64,000 nt of DNA from a candidate division CPR3 bacterium 4484_211 (GCA_002084955.1 MZGJ01000006.1:2027-66026); one strand, 5' to 3'; shown: positions 39,590 through 49,598, counted from the first letter of the stretch. Numbers and translations: made by a program. Notes: generated from the sequence alone by a model not told the origin.

Positions 39590-40126
39590 ATGGCTGATCA
39601 ATCACCTAAGCCTCTACCGATTCAGTTTATTGCCCAGAATCCCAATGAGCAGGTTTACTATCTGTTTCGCAGGAACTTTGTGACCAATTTGCCGTGGATG
39701 GTGTTAATGTTTATGCTCTTAATTATCCCTTTTGTCTTTTTGCCATATAGTGAACAGTTTTCCTTTTGGACTTCTTTGTCGGAAGAGATGCAATTTATTC
39801 TCCTTCTTCTTTGGATTCTAGCTGTTTGCGGTTATGGACTAATGAATCTGGTCAGGTGGTATTTTGAGGTTTTTTTGGTTACTGATAAAAGAGTTTTGGA
39901 TATTGACATGGTGGGATTTTTGTACCGCAATGTGGCGGAGGCGCAGTTAAAGAGTATTCAGGATGTTTCCCACACTCAGGGGGGTGTTTTTCAGCTGCTG
40001 TTTAATTTTGGAAATGTGTATATTCAGACTGCCGGCACGGTGCAAAATATTGAAGTGAAGGAAGTTAGTAACCCCGGGTTGGTTCATGATATCGTAACCG
40101 ACCTGGCGAGTCAGATTGATGGATAA
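39590..40126 (+). CDS. membrane protein with bacterial PH (bPH_2/YdbT-like) domain
   Basis: Two TM helices, then a VLDIDMVGFLYRNVAEAQLKSIQDV…FGNVYIQTAG beta-rich domain. Confidence 0.4.
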   Translation: MADQSPKPLPIQFIAQNPNEQVYYLFRRNFVTNLPWMVLMFMLLIIPFVFLPYSEQFSFWTSLSEEMQFILLLLWILAVCGYGLMNLVRWYFEVFLVTDKRVLDIDMVGFLYRNVAEAQLKSIQDVSHTQGGVFQLLFNFGNVYIQTAGTVQNIEVKEVSNPGLVHDIVTDLASQIDG

Positions 40127-40370
40127 TTTTCATATTCTCAATTTGTCTTGGGAAAACTTTTCTTTGGCAGGGCTTTTACCGAATGCCGAGAAAATGGTGG
40201 TGATACTGGTTATCCTCCTTTTGGCAGTATTCTCTCTTTTGGTTGCAAAACAAATTATCTTGCTGGATCAGTTCTTAAAAACTAAAATGGGTAGCTATCT
40301 TAAAGCGGCGGGTGTGTTTTACGTTTTTGCGGTTACTTCTTTGTTAATTCTGAGTATAATATTGCTCTAG
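40116..40370 (+). CDS. small membrane protein, hypothetical
   Basis: 84 aa, two hydrophobic helices. Confidence 0.2.
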   Translation: MMDNFHILNLSWENFSLAGLLPNAEKMVVILVILLLAVFSLLVAKQIILLDQFLKTKMGSYLKAAGVFYVFAVTSLLILSIILL

Positions 40371-40449
40371 TGTGTAGAAAACTTGGATAGTAGGACCTAT
40401 GGCTCCGGCGTAATGGGCAAGTTCAGTCCAGCTCCGCCGTGGGACTTGG

Positions 40450-42219
40450 GTGTTAATCTTTAAGCTAATGGATTTTACTGTTTCTGTTACCCCAGTTTCC
40501 GTTATTAATCTTGAGAAGCCTTCGGAAGAAGGAGTTTGCCGCACTTTCAGCTATCGGCCGAGAGAGCAGGAGATGCATCAATCCAGAGGTCAGTTGCATG
40601 CGCTCATTACTCTTAATTCACCCGATAAGTCTGTGGATCTAAACCTTTTGGCCGACCAGGTTTTTACCGCTCTTAGAGAGGAATATTATCAGCAAATTGA
40701 AGGGGGAATCATCGGGGCTTTAGATAGGGCTCTGTCACAGGCAAAAGAAAAAGTTTTTTTGCTCACGAGAAAACCGGGAAAGAAAGCCTCTTTGGTGGAG
40801 TTAAGCTTGTGTTTTGTGGTTGTTTGGGGGGATATTTTTTATTTTGGGCGCAGCGGAAGTGTAGAGGTGGGGCTTCTTCGGGGCGGCGAGCTGGTTTCGT
40901 TTCCTTTTACTACCATCGCCTCGGAAAAACTTAAGGATGGCGATCTTTTTATTTTAGCCAGCACTTCTTTTTGGGAAAAGCTTACTCCAAAGGGGTTGTC
41001 TGAGATTTTGCTGAATACCCCTCAAGAGGAATGGAGAGGGCAGCTTCTAAAAAGGGTTAGAGAGCTGAATGGGCGGCAATTGATGGGGGCGTTGTTGCTG
41101 AGCTCTCATGTTGAGGAAATTCCTGATGAGGAAGATCTTATTGATATTGGTATGCTAAAGGATGCAGAGCCCAGATTCCCCTGGTTAAGCTGTTACGCAA
41201 AACTGGGTCAGCTAAGGGAGGTTTTGCGTCAAAGGCTGCCCGCGACTCCCAGGATTTTTGTAAAGAAGCCAAATTTAACTGCCCGCAACCGCCGGGTTTT
41301 GCAGACTGTCGGACTGAGTGTTCTCCTAATGGTAACTGCCCTGGGGACCTATGTTTATAAGAATTACCAAAGGCAGAGGCAGGAGCAGAGTAATCTGGTA
41401 AATCAGGTAGAAAATTATTTGCAGAAAGGGCAGAAGATAAGTGATACCGATCCCCGTCAGGCGGGGGAGTATTTTCAAGAAGCGGCCGACCTTCTTTTGG
41501 AATATCAGGAGGTGAAGGGCGTTTCTATCTCTAAGATTCCTAATGGGCAGGTTCTTTCTGCGAAAATTGACGCGGCACTGAATGAGGCGTATCAAGTTTC
41601 TGAACTTGGCGTTAATAAGGCGGAGTCTTGGCCAAAGCAGGCACTGGATCGCAACTTTGTTTTTGACAAATCTCAGGGAGTTTTGTCATTTGATGGCCTA
41701 GAAGTAGTTTTGCCGACGGAAGAACCTTGGCAAAATGTTGTTGGTATGGACAGCTTTCAAACGGGATATGGGTGGAATTTATACCTTTTAGATGTCCAGG
41801 CCAATCAGATTTATAAGTATGTAGCCTTGCCTGCGGGGTATTCTAAAAAATTTGACTATTTTGGTTCCCGGGTGGAATTGTCGGAAGCTGTAGATTTGGG
41901 TATTGACGGATCGATTTATGTTTTATACCGCAATGGCCAGGTTAAAAAATTCCTGGGCGGAGTGCCGCAGGATTTCCAGTTGAGTGGATTCCATCCTTCT
42001 TTGGAGGGGGCCAGCGAGATTTTTACAGCGCCTGATATCGAGCATTTGTATATAACCAAGAGGAACTACATTTACCGTTTTGATAAAAGCGGCGCTTACC
42101 AGAAAGGGTGGGTCCTGGAGACTGAGGATAAGGTGTGGAATGTGTTCGTGGATGATGACGAGAAGGAGGTTTGGTTTGGTTCTTACGAAAGTCCATGTGT
42201 CGCCGTATTTCCGAGATAA
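40450..42219 (+). CDS. hypothetical protein; N-terminal region weakly PP2C-phosphatase-like
   Basis: LCFVVVWGDIFYFGRSGSVEV resembles the PP2C LvvanvGDSRavl motif; C-terminal beta-rich domain. Confidence 0.25.
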   Translation: MLIFKLMDFTVSVTPVSVINLEKPSEEGVCRTFSYRPREQEMHQSRGQLHALITLNSPDKSVDLNLLADQVFTALREEYYQQIEGGIIGALDRALSQAKEKVFLLTRKPGKKASLVELSLCFVVVWGDIFYFGRSGSVEVGLLRGGELVSFPFTTIASEKLKDGDLFILASTSFWEKLTPKGLSEILLNTPQEEWRGQLLKRVRELNGRQLMGALLLSSHVEEIPDEEDLIDIGMLKDAEPRFPWLSCYAKLGQLREVLRQRLPATPRIFVKKPNLTARNRRVLQTVGLSVLLMVTALGTYVYKNYQRQRQEQSNLVNQVENYLQKGQKISDTDPRQAGEYFQEAADLLLEYQEVKGVSISKIPNGQVLSAKIDAALNEAYQVSELGVNKAESWPKQALDRNFVFDKSQGVLSFDGLEVVLPTEEPWQNVVGMDSFQTGYGWNLYLLDVQANQIYKYVALPAGYSKKFDYFGSRVELSEAVDLGIDGSIYVLYRNGQVKKFLGGVPQDFQLSGFHPSLEGASEIFTAPDIEHLYITKRNYIYRFDKSGAYQKGWVLETEDKVWNVFVDDDEKEVWFGSYESPCVAVFPR

Positions 42220-42308
42220 AACTTTGGTCATTAATCGTTTGAATATATGGGGTATTTGTTCCCCTTTACTTGTGAACTAGAAAGCCATGTTTGTAAAGGT
42301 GTGGGTGA

Positions 42309-42866
42309 ATGGCTTTTGGTTCGGGGTTCCGTTTCACGGGGGTGAAATTCTGTAAGAAGAACATATCCGCTGTGGGGCAGGGGAGCTTCACTTTTATCGT
42401 GTCTATTCTTGCTACAAACCGTAAGGCATATTATCTCTTTAAGATTCTTAAGGTTTATGAAGCAGGCATCCAGCTTGAGGGGTGGGAGGTGAAATCTATA
42501 CGGCAGGGCAGGATAAGTTTGCGGGACAGCTTTGTAAAAATTATCAATTTTGAGCCTTTTTTGATTAATGCCTACATTCCTCCCTATCAAAGGGCCCAAG
42601 GTAGCGGTGTAGATACCCGTCGACCCCGTAAGTTGCTCTTGAAGAAAAAAACTATTCTTTTTCTCAAAAATGAGCTCAGCAAAAGGCACTTGACAATGGT
42701 GCCCCTGAAAGTGTATACTAAGCGGCGGTTGTTGAAGGTGGAAATAGCTTTGGTAAAGGGAAAGAGGGGTTTTGAGAAGAGAAGGGAGGAGAAGGAGAGG
42801 AGTGTGCGCCTGCGGTTGGAGAATGATGTTGAAGAAGCGTTGGGGATGGCGTTGGGGAAAGAGTAG
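42309..42866 (+). CDS. smpB: SsrA-binding protein SmpB (start uncertain)
   Basis: ATNRKAYYLFKILKVYEAGIQLEGWEVKSIRQGRISLRDSF…RRPRKLLLKKKTI…KRHLTMVPLKVY matches SmpB. Confidence 0.8.
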   Translation: MAFGSGFRFTGVKFCKKNISAVGQGSFTFIVSILATNRKAYYLFKILKVYEAGIQLEGWEVKSIRQGRISLRDSFVKIINFEPFLINAYIPPYQRAQGSGVDTRRPRKLLLKKKTILFLKNELSKRHLTMVPLKVYTKRRLLKVEIALVKGKRGFEKRREEKERSVRLRLENDVEEALGMALGKE

Positions 42867-42944
42867 GCTTGTTTGCCCTGGCGTCGGTTGTGTTGTGGGG
42901 TGTGATTTCGCCAATGGCGGGTAGGTCTTGCCGGGTCTCTTTGT

Positions 42945-43303
42945 GGGGATGACAAGGATCGACGGAAAGGCAGCTTAAAAATTGCAAACCGAGAATGGTC
43001 TTACCTCGTAAAAATAGACCGTAAAATACACGGCAACGATTATCAGTTTGCCCCCGCTGTCGCTTTTGCGGCTTAAGCGGGCGCCGCTGTTTCTTTTTCT
43101 TAGCAAGGAAACAGGGGTGTTATATACGCTAAGAAGAGGGTAGATTGTTCAGTTATCATCTATTCCTTATCTAGTTTATAGCTGAAATTTTGGGAGAATA
43201 AGGAGTTGGCCGCTTACCCAAAATTATTTTTGGCCAACTAAGTTTGTAGAGAATTTTTAAGTTTCGTTTCCGGACGGGGGTGCAATTCCCCCCATCTCCA
43301 CCA
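42945..43303 (+). ncRNA. ssrA: tmRNA (ssrA)
   Basis: 5' GGGGATGACAAGGATCGACGG… and 3' …GGACGGGGGTGCAATTCCCCCCATCTCCACCA (tRNA-like domain, T loop, acceptor pairs with the 5' end, CCA). Candidate tag ORF …GGC AAC GAT TAT CAG TTT GCC CCC GCT GTC GCT TTT GCG GCT TAA gives (G)NDYQFAPAVAFAA. Adjacent to smpB. Confidence 0.8.
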
Positions 43304-43365
43304 CGTAATGACACTTGACTCCATTAGGCTTTAAAATGTAATGCGGAGGGAATTCTAGTTTATTT

Positions 43366-43617
43366 ATGCTGCGCTTATCCAAGCGGAATTCTGTGAGAGG
43401 GAATGCCCCTGCTTTCAAGGCGATGGGACCTTGTGTTCTCCATGACCTCAAAGATAATACCGAATTGCCTGAGCACCGGTCTTTGGCGGCTCAATACCAA
43501 GTTCAAAGCATCCCCAATATGAAGCTTTTTAAACAGGGCCAGTTAATAAAAGAGTTCATTGGTCTGCGGCCGAAAGATGTTCTTAAGGCTGATTTGGAAG
43601 CGGCACTATCCAATTAA
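43366..43617 (+). pseudogene. thioredoxin-like remnant (lacks the N-terminal beta-alpha unit and the first active-site Cys)
   Basis: …AMGPCVLHD…QYQVQSIPNMKLFKQGQLIKEFIGLRPKDVLKADL aligns to the GPC…IPTLLLFKNGE…L C-terminal two-thirds of thioredoxin, with a deletion. Confidence 0.3.
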
Positions 43618-43626
43618 TGGAAATTT

Positions 43627-44862
43627 ATGAAAAGTAAAATTTTCTCGAACATAATTAGAAGATTAACCGAAATTCAGAAAATAGCGGATTTAAGCGATAA
43701 AGAAGTTCATTTGCTTTTAACCCCTAAGAGGATTCTTAAAACTCAGCTTAAAGTCGGTAATGAAAAACTACCGGCCTGGCGGATTCTTTTTAATGATGCC
43801 CTGGGTCCCGGTAAGGGCGGTGTTAGATTTCACCCCGAGGTGTGTCAAGATGAGGTGATGTCTTTAGCTTTTTGGATGATGATTAAAGATTCTCTGGCCG
43901 GATTGCCTTATGGCGGCGCTAAAGGCGGGGTAAGGTTTGATCCCAAGAAGGCTTCCTCACAAACTCTGGAGATGGTGAGCAGGAAATTTGTGGATGCCTT
44001 TTATAAATTCCTGGGTCAGGATAAGGATATTCCAGCACCTGATGTTTACACAAATTCCCAGATTATGGCCTGGATGCTTGATGAGTACGAGAAGAAAATC
44101 GGCCGTCACCAACCGGCGATGATCACCGGCAAGCCGCTTGAGCTTCAGGGTTGCCTTTTAAGAGCTGATGCCACAGCCCGGGGCGGGTATGTTATCATCG
44201 GCGAAATGATAAAGGAATTTGGTTTAAAGAAAAAGGGTCTAAAGGTGGCGGTTCAGGGTTTTGGTAATGCGGGATCTAATCTGGCCCGAATGCTTGGCAA
44301 GAGCGGCGTTAGTCTGGTAGCGGTCAGCGACAGCCGCGGGGGTATTTTTAACAAGAATGGTTTGGATATTGATCAGGTTATACAAACCAAGACCGAGGCC
44401 GGTTCGGTTAGCGCCTATGCGGACGGAGAGAAAATTGATAATGCCTCATTGCTTAAGCTTTCTGTGGATGTGTTAGTTTTGGCGGCTTTGGAAAATCAAA
44501 TTACCCGGGAAAATGCCGATGAGGTTAAAGCTAAGTATGTGGTGGAAATTGCCAACGGACCAGTTACCTACGAGGCCGACAAAATTTTGTTTTCCAAAGG
44601 GGTCACGGTGGTTCCTGATGTTTTGGCAAACTCGGGCGGCGTTACCGTGAGTTATTTTGAATGGGCTCAAAATAGAACCGGCAATATTTTGGATAGAGAA
44701 TACTTGGAGAAGTTACTGGATAAAAAAATGTCTGCCTCTTGGGCTAAAACTCTGAGTGTTTATAAAGAGCATGGCCGGAAAATTGATCTGAGGACGGCGG
44801 CCTACCTTATCGCCATAAAAAGGATTCTTGCGGCAGAGAAATTGCGGGGAACCCTTAGGTAG
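43627..44862 (+). CDS. gdh: glutamate dehydrogenase (Glu/Leu/Phe/Val dehydrogenase family)
   Basis: GPGKGGVRFHP and PYGGAKGGVRFDP substrate motifs, GFGNAGS Rossmann motif. Confidence 0.85.
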   Translation: MKSKIFSNIIRRLTEIQKIADLSDKEVHLLLTPKRILKTQLKVGNEKLPAWRILFNDALGPGKGGVRFHPEVCQDEVMSLAFWMMIKDSLAGLPYGGAKGGVRFDPKKASSQTLEMVSRKFVDAFYKFLGQDKDIPAPDVYTNSQIMAWMLDEYEKKIGRHQPAMITGKPLELQGCLLRADATARGGYVIIGEMIKEFGLKKKGLKVAVQGFGNAGSNLARMLGKSGVSLVAVSDSRGGIFNKNGLDIDQVIQTKTEAGSVSAYADGEKIDNASLLKLSVDVLVLAALENQITRENADEVKAKYVVEIANGPVTYEADKILFSKGVTVVPDVLANSGGVTVSYFEWAQNRTGNILDREYLEKLLDKKMSASWAKTLSVYKEHGRKIDLRTAAYLIAIKRILAAEKLRGTLR

Positions 44863-44907
44863 TAAAATTTTCAACCAACCTTACTTGAATCCCCGACCGT
44901 AAGGTCG

Positions 44908-44935
44908 AGGGAGGGGGTCATCCCTGAATTTTTTT
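44908..44935 (+). terminator. intrinsic terminator candidate downstream of gdh
   Basis: AGGGA-gggggtca-TCCCT, then gaa and TTTTTTT; preceded by a CGACC-GTAA-GGTCG hairpin. Confidence 0.35.
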
Positions 44936-45088
44936 GAATAAACGGTCAGTTTTTTGCCTAACGCTTAGTAGCCCATAGCTATACCTCCAGATATATTCAC
45001 CCAGGAACAAATAATAGAATGTTTTTAGATTATTTTTGAGGGGCATGATGCTTGGTTTAATTCAGGTCTGGAGAATTATATTCAGTCT

Positions 45089-45108
45089 ATGATAGACTAG
45101 TTTATCAT
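45089..45108. promoter_or_regulatory. single 20-bp palindrome ATGATAGACTAGTTTATCAT, 33 nt upstream of the metal ABC ATPase start
   Basis: Read directly; the position suggests an operator. Confidence 0.55.
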
Positions 45109-45140
45109 ACCAGGCTTGATGAGTGAATCATTAAGGGAAA

Positions 45141-45830
45141 ATGCCCGAGATAATTTTGGAAGTTAAAGATTTAAATGTTGTACTGGATGGGGAAAAGATT
45201 ATTGAAGATTTGTCTTTTAGTGTGCGGCGGGGTGATGTTTTAACTGTTTTGGGACCCAATGGGGCCGGAAAAACGGTTTTGTTAAAGACTCTCTTGGGGC
45301 TTTTGCCGTACCAGGGCCGAATTTGGTGGAAAGCGGGGGTTAAGGCGGGCTATGTGCCGCAAAGATTACCTTTTATCAAAGATTTTCCCATGAGTGTGGC
45401 GGAATTTTTTGAGCTGAAAGGTGTCTCTTTACAGGAGACAAGAGACATTTTAAGTTCGGTGGGATTTGGGGGAGAAGTTTTGAACAGAAAAATAGGGCAG
45501 GTATCTTCGGGACAGTTTCAGCGGATACTCATCGCCTGGGCTCTGGCAAAAAAATCGGAAGTTTTGCTTTTTGATGAACCAACTGCTGGGGTGGACATTG
45601 GTGGTGAAGAGACTATTTATAGTTTACTAAACAAGCTGAAAATAGAGAATAAATTAACCATTCTCTTGGTAACCCACGATCTTAGTGTAGTCTCCAAGTT
45701 CTCTAATTTTGTCATCTGTTTAAATAGGAGTTCGGTTTGCCAGGGGGCTCCCAAACAGGTCTTGTCAACAGGCGCTTTGCAGAAGCTTTATGGCGACGAG
45801 GTGAAATTTTACGGACACCAGAAAGTTTAG
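45141..45830 (+). CDS. metal (Zn/Mn-type) ABC transporter ATP-binding protein
   Basis: GPNGAGKTVLLKTLLG Walker A, SSGQFQR signature, LLFDEPTAGVD; ZnuC/MntB-like length and layout. Confidence 0.7.
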   Translation: MPEIILEVKDLNVVLDGEKIIEDLSFSVRRGDVLTVLGPNGAGKTVLLKTLLGLLPYQGRIWWKAGVKAGYVPQRLPFIKDFPMSVAEFFELKGVSLQETRDILSSVGFGGEVLNRKIGQVSSGQFQRILIAWALAKKSEVLLFDEPTAGVDIGGEETIYSLLNKLKIENKLTILLVTHDLSVVSKFSNFVICLNRSSVCQGAPKQVLSTGALQKLYGDEVKFYGHQKV

Positions 45831-45834
45831 AATT

Positions 45835-46599
45835 ATGAATCAGTTTCTTTTAAGTTTAATTTCGGGAATTTTTATTGGCGGCGCGGCAGGTTATTTGGGT
45901 TCCTTGATGCTTTCAAAAAGAATGGCCTTGGCGGCTGGGCCTCTTGGTCATTTAACACTGCCGGGTATTGCTCTGGCTTTAATCTATGGTTTTGATGTTT
46001 CTTTGGGAGCTTTCCCCTGTGTTATTTTGGGGATTGTTCTAATTTGGTTTCTGCAGATTAAAACTCCGCTGCCGATGGAGGCGTTGACGGCGATTGTTTT
46101 TTCTGCGGGCGTTGCCGCGGCCTTTTTGTTTTTACCTATTGCCGAAGCTGAAGAGGCTTTGGTTGGTGATATCTCTAAGGTGAGCCTAGGGGATGCGTTT
46201 TTGGCAGTTTTTTTATGTTTGACAGTTTTTTTCCTGGTTAAGAGGATTTATCCCCAGTTGATTTTGGTTAATATTTCTGAGGATCTGGCAAGGTCTGAGG
46301 GTGTTGATGTTAAGAAATACAATTTGCTTTTTTTGTTTTGCGTGGCGGTTATTGTGGCTTTGGGAGTCAAAATTGTTGGGGGATTGTTGACGGCCGCTTT
46401 GGTGGCTATTCCCGCGGCCACCAGTAGGAACTTGAGTAGGAATCTTTTCCGATACAAGTATGGATCGGTTTTTTTTGGGGGGGTTGGCTGTAGTACTGGC
46501 ATTTTTCTTTCCCGCTTTCTGCATCTTCCTGCCGGGCCGTTGATAATTCTTAGCTTGACCCTGTTTTTTCTCCTTTCTTTGAAATTCGCAAAACCTTGA
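45835..46599 (+). CDS. ABC-3 family metal transporter permease (ZnuB-like)
   Basis: 254 aa, 7-8 TM, typical ABC-3 glycine-rich helices, follows the ATPase. Confidence 0.65.
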   Translation: MNQFLLSLISGIFIGGAAGYLGSLMLSKRMALAAGPLGHLTLPGIALALIYGFDVSLGAFPCVILGIVLIWFLQIKTPLPMEALTAIVFSAGVAAAFLFLPIAEAEEALVGDISKVSLGDAFLAVFLCLTVFFLVKRIYPQLILVNISEDLARSEGVDVKKYNLLFLFCVAVIVALGVKIVGGLLTAALVAIPAATSRNLSRNLFRYKYGSVFFGGVGCSTGIFLSRFLHLPAGPLIILSLTLFFLLSLKFAKP

Positions 46600-46707
46600 G
46601 AGCGAAAATGCGGCATCTTGCGGGGAGGGAAGCTCTTCTTGTTGCTTTGATGTTGGGATTAGAACGAGGGAAGTGGATAATTTTGTCCTGCCTGTTGTAA
46701 AATTACC

Positions 46708-47406
46708 TTGATGGATCTTACTAAGGTCTGGGTGGTAATTCCGGCGTATAACGAAGAATCAACTATCGGAGGGGTAATAGATAGTTTGCGGAGAGGTGGA
46801 TTTTCAAACCTGGTGGTTGTTGATGACGGAAGCACCGATCAAACTTTTAAAACGGCTCAGGGGAAAAATGTTATTGTTGTTTCTCATCCTCTTAACTGCG
46901 GTTTAGGGGCGGCGCTTTCTACCGGATTTGAATTTCTAAGAAGAAATAAGGTTGATCAGTTAGAGGCTGTGATTACCTTTGATGCTGATGGCCAGCATCA
47001 AGTGGCTGACGCTCTCAAAGTGGTAAAACCGATTCTAACGGGGAGGGCGGATTTTGTGGTGGGCAGCCGGCTGGTAAAACCCGCATCAGGAATGCCTGTT
47101 TTAAGACAACTGGGCAACTATTTGCTGAATTTTTTAATTTTGCTCTTTTTTGGGGTTAAAACCACCGATTCCCAGTCTGGTCTGCGGGCTTTATCTAAAA
47201 AAGCGCTTAAACTAATTCGGCTTAACTCTTTTGGCTATGAGGTCTCCAGTGAGTTTTTTAAAGAAGTGTCTCGGCACAAACTAGGGTATACTGAAGTGGA
47301 TATTGCATCTATATACACTAGTTATTCGCTAGGTAAAATTAAGAAACAGAGTTTTAGTGAAGCATTGTATACAATAAGAGCCTTTCTGCTTGGAAATTTG
47401 GATTAA
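46708..47406 (+). CDS. glycosyltransferase family 2 (DPM1/GtrB-like polyprenyl-phosphate sugar transferase)
   Basis: VVIPAYNEESTI, VVVDDGSTD, FDADGQH motifs. Confidence 0.7.
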   Translation: MMDLTKVWVVIPAYNEESTIGGVIDSLRRGGFSNLVVVDDGSTDQTFKTAQGKNVIVVSHPLNCGLGAALSTGFEFLRRNKVDQLEAVITFDADGQHQVADALKVVKPILTGRADFVVGSRLVKPASGMPVLRQLGNYLLNFLILLFFGVKTTDSQSGLRALSKKALKLIRLNSFGYEVSSEFFKEVSRHKLGYTEVDIASIYTSYSLGKIKKQSFSEALYTIRAFLLGNLD

Positions 47407-47409
47407 AAG

Positions 47410-47739
47410 ATGATTATCTTAAAGCTTTTAATTACTCCCCTGGTTGTTTTGCTTCTGGCCCAGGTCTGGTCCGAGTTTAAGAGTTCCCGTCTGGGTCTGT
47501 TTTGGTTTTTCTTTTGGTTTATTGCCTGGCTGACGGTGGAGGTCATTTTATTTTTCCCGCAGGTTACTACTTTTTTGGCCAAGATTCTAGGCGTGGAGAG
47601 AGGTATTGACTCAATTATCTATCTTAGCATTGTGGCTCTTTTTTATCTCACCTTTCGGATTTACCTTAAAATTGAAAATCTTAATAGAAAGATTTCCAAG
47701 CTGGCGCAAAAAGATGCCCTTAAAAAAGCCGACAGATAA
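47410..47739 (+). CDS. small membrane protein, DUF2304-like GT2 partner
   Basis: 109 aa, three TM plus a basic C-terminal tail, directly after the GT2 gene. Confidence 0.35.
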   Translation: MIILKLLITPLVVLLLAQVWSEFKSSRLGLFWFFFWFIAWLTVEVILFFPQVTTFLAKILGVERGIDSIIYLSIVALFYLTFRIYLKIENLNRKISKLAQKDALKKADR

Positions 47740-48718
47740 AACTAATCCTCTCATTTCTCTAATTACTCCTGCTTACAATGAGGAAAGCTATATCGCGGAG
47801 TGTTTAACAAGCATTTTTAATCAAAGCGTAGAATTTCCTTATGAAGTGATTGTGGTGGATGGAAAGTCCACGGACGGTACAATAAAAATTGTTAAAAGTT
47901 TTCAAAAAGTTCATTCCAACTTAGTTTTGCTGGAAAATCCTCGCCGCTTTACCCCATTCGCTTTAAATCTTGCCTTAAAATACGCTCGAGGTGAGTTTAT
48001 TGCCCGTGTTGATGCCCATAGCTATATTCCCAGACACTATCTGGAAACCTGTCTTAAGACTTTCCGGCAGGCCCAAAAAGAATACCCTCGACTTGCCGGT
48101 GTTGGAGGAAGGTGGAAGTGCGGCAATAAAAGCAGTCTGGGCCGGGCAATTTTTTATGCCACCAATTCTTGGTTTGGCGGGGGCATATCCAAGTATCGCT
48201 ATTCCAGCAAGCCGCAACTTGTAAAAACAGTTCTTTACGGTTTTTACAAAAGGGAGGTTTTGGAAAAAGAAGGCTTTGCGGATGAAAAGTTTATCAAAGC
48301 ACAAGATGCGGAATTAAACTGGCGCTTAGTTAGAGCGGGCTACAAGCTCTTTTACAATCCGGCCATTTACTCTTATTACCACGCTCCAAATTCTTTGAGA
48401 AAACTGGCCCGACAAATGTTTACCTACGGAAGGGCCCGTGGCCAGGTTTTACAGAAACATCCTTCATCCTTAAATCCGCTGTCTCTGCTGGCCCCGTTAT
48501 TGGTGGTTTATATCTTTTTTTTACCCGCTTTCTTGCGGCTGCAATTTCTAATTACCCCGCTGTTTTTCTATCTGTGCCTTGGCATATTGTTCTCTCTTAA
48601 GATATGTTTAAAAAAAAAGGCGCTTCCGCAGCTATTTCCTACATTAGCCGCTTTTTGGGTTACTCACTTTTTTTTTGGTTTGGGGATGATTGTTCAGTTT
48701 CTGTATCACCAGCCCTGA
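47714..48718 (+). CDS. glycosyltransferase family 2 with C-terminal TM segments
   Basis: SLITPAYNEESYI, VVDGKSTDGT, DAHS motif. Confidence 0.65.
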   Translation: MPLKKPTDKTNPLISLITPAYNEESYIAECLTSIFNQSVEFPYEVIVVDGKSTDGTIKIVKSFQKVHSNLVLLENPRRFTPFALNLALKYARGEFIARVDAHSYIPRHYLETCLKTFRQAQKEYPRLAGVGGRWKCGNKSSLGRAIFYATNSWFGGGISKYRYSSKPQLVKTVLYGFYKREVLEKEGFADEKFIKAQDAELNWRLVRAGYKLFYNPAIYSYYHAPNSLRKLARQMFTYGRARGQVLQKHPSSLNPLSLLAPLLVVYIFFLPAFLRLQFLITPLFFYLCLGILFSLKICLKKKALPQLFPTLAAFWVTHFFFGLGMIVQFLYHQP

Positions 48719-49598
48719 ATAATTTTAAAAGGATATAATTTTTTGTATAACTGTAAGAATAGATTGTTCCTATGATTGCGGCAACAATTAATACTGGGAT
48801 TATGTCTGTCGGATTATTCTCTTTCTCCAGCAAGAGACGCGTAAATGTGTAAGCGGGCAAGAGCAGAAAGTGGAAAAACCAACGCAGGCTAAACCCTTTT
48901 CGTTGAAGGTAGTGTTGTTGCGCTTTTCCTTTGCCCAGGCGCAGTGCTTTGTTCTTATGTTGTTGAAATGTTTTTCTAGGAGGGTGATATGTGATGGCGT
49001 CTTTACAGTAAACAAGTTTGTATCCTGCGGAAACAGCCCTTTTGCTGAATTCATAATCACCGCCCGATATTAATCTTGAGTTAAACAAGCCAATGTCAGC
49101 AAATACCTTTTTATGTACAAATAAGTTGCCCGCTCCAGACCAGCCGTCGCGGACATATTTTTTTTGGTTAAATGAAACTAATCTATCGTATTTTGCATAA
49201 ATTGCTTCGTTTTCCTCTTTGGGGATAACAACCCTGCCTCCTATAAGATCGGCGTTGCTTTGCGTCATGCACGCCATGCCTTTGCGCAGCCATTCTGCAC
49301 AGGCCTGCTCATCAGAGTCTATAAATGCCAGAACCTTGCCCCTTGCCGCTTTTATGCCCTTATTTCTTGCCGCATAAGAACTTTGGATTTTGTCCTCAAC
49401 TAATAGTTTTATCCGCTTGTGGTTTTTGGCGAACTCTTGGATAACGTTGTATGAGTTGTCTGTAGAATTATTGTCCACTATAACTATTTCGTACTTTTCC
49501 TTAGGATAGTCGAGTGCCAAAAGGGAGTCTAGGGCGCCTTGCACTTTTTCCTGGTCGTTATAAACAGGCATGATAACAGAAATAAATGGCAGTTTCAT
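48660..49598 (-). CDS. glycosyltransferase family 2
   Basis: ISVIMPVYNDQEKV, IVDNNSTDNS, FIDSDEQ (DxD). Confidence 0.7.
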   Translation of the reverse strand: MKLPFISVIMPVYNDQEKVQGALDSLLALDYPKEKYEIVIVDNNSTDNSYNVIQEFAKNHKRIKLLVEDKIQSSYAARNKGIKAARGKVLAFIDSDEQACAEWLRKGMACMTQSNADLIGGRVVIPKEENEAIYAKYDRLVSFNQKKYVRDGWSGAGNLFVHKKVFADIGLFNSRLISGGDYEFSKRAVSAGYKLVYCKDAITYHPPRKTFQQHKNKALRLGKGKAQQHYLQRKGFSLRWFFHFLLLPAYTFTRLLLEKENNPTDIIPVLIVAAIIGTIYSYSYTKNYILLKLFRAGDTETEQSSPNQKKSE

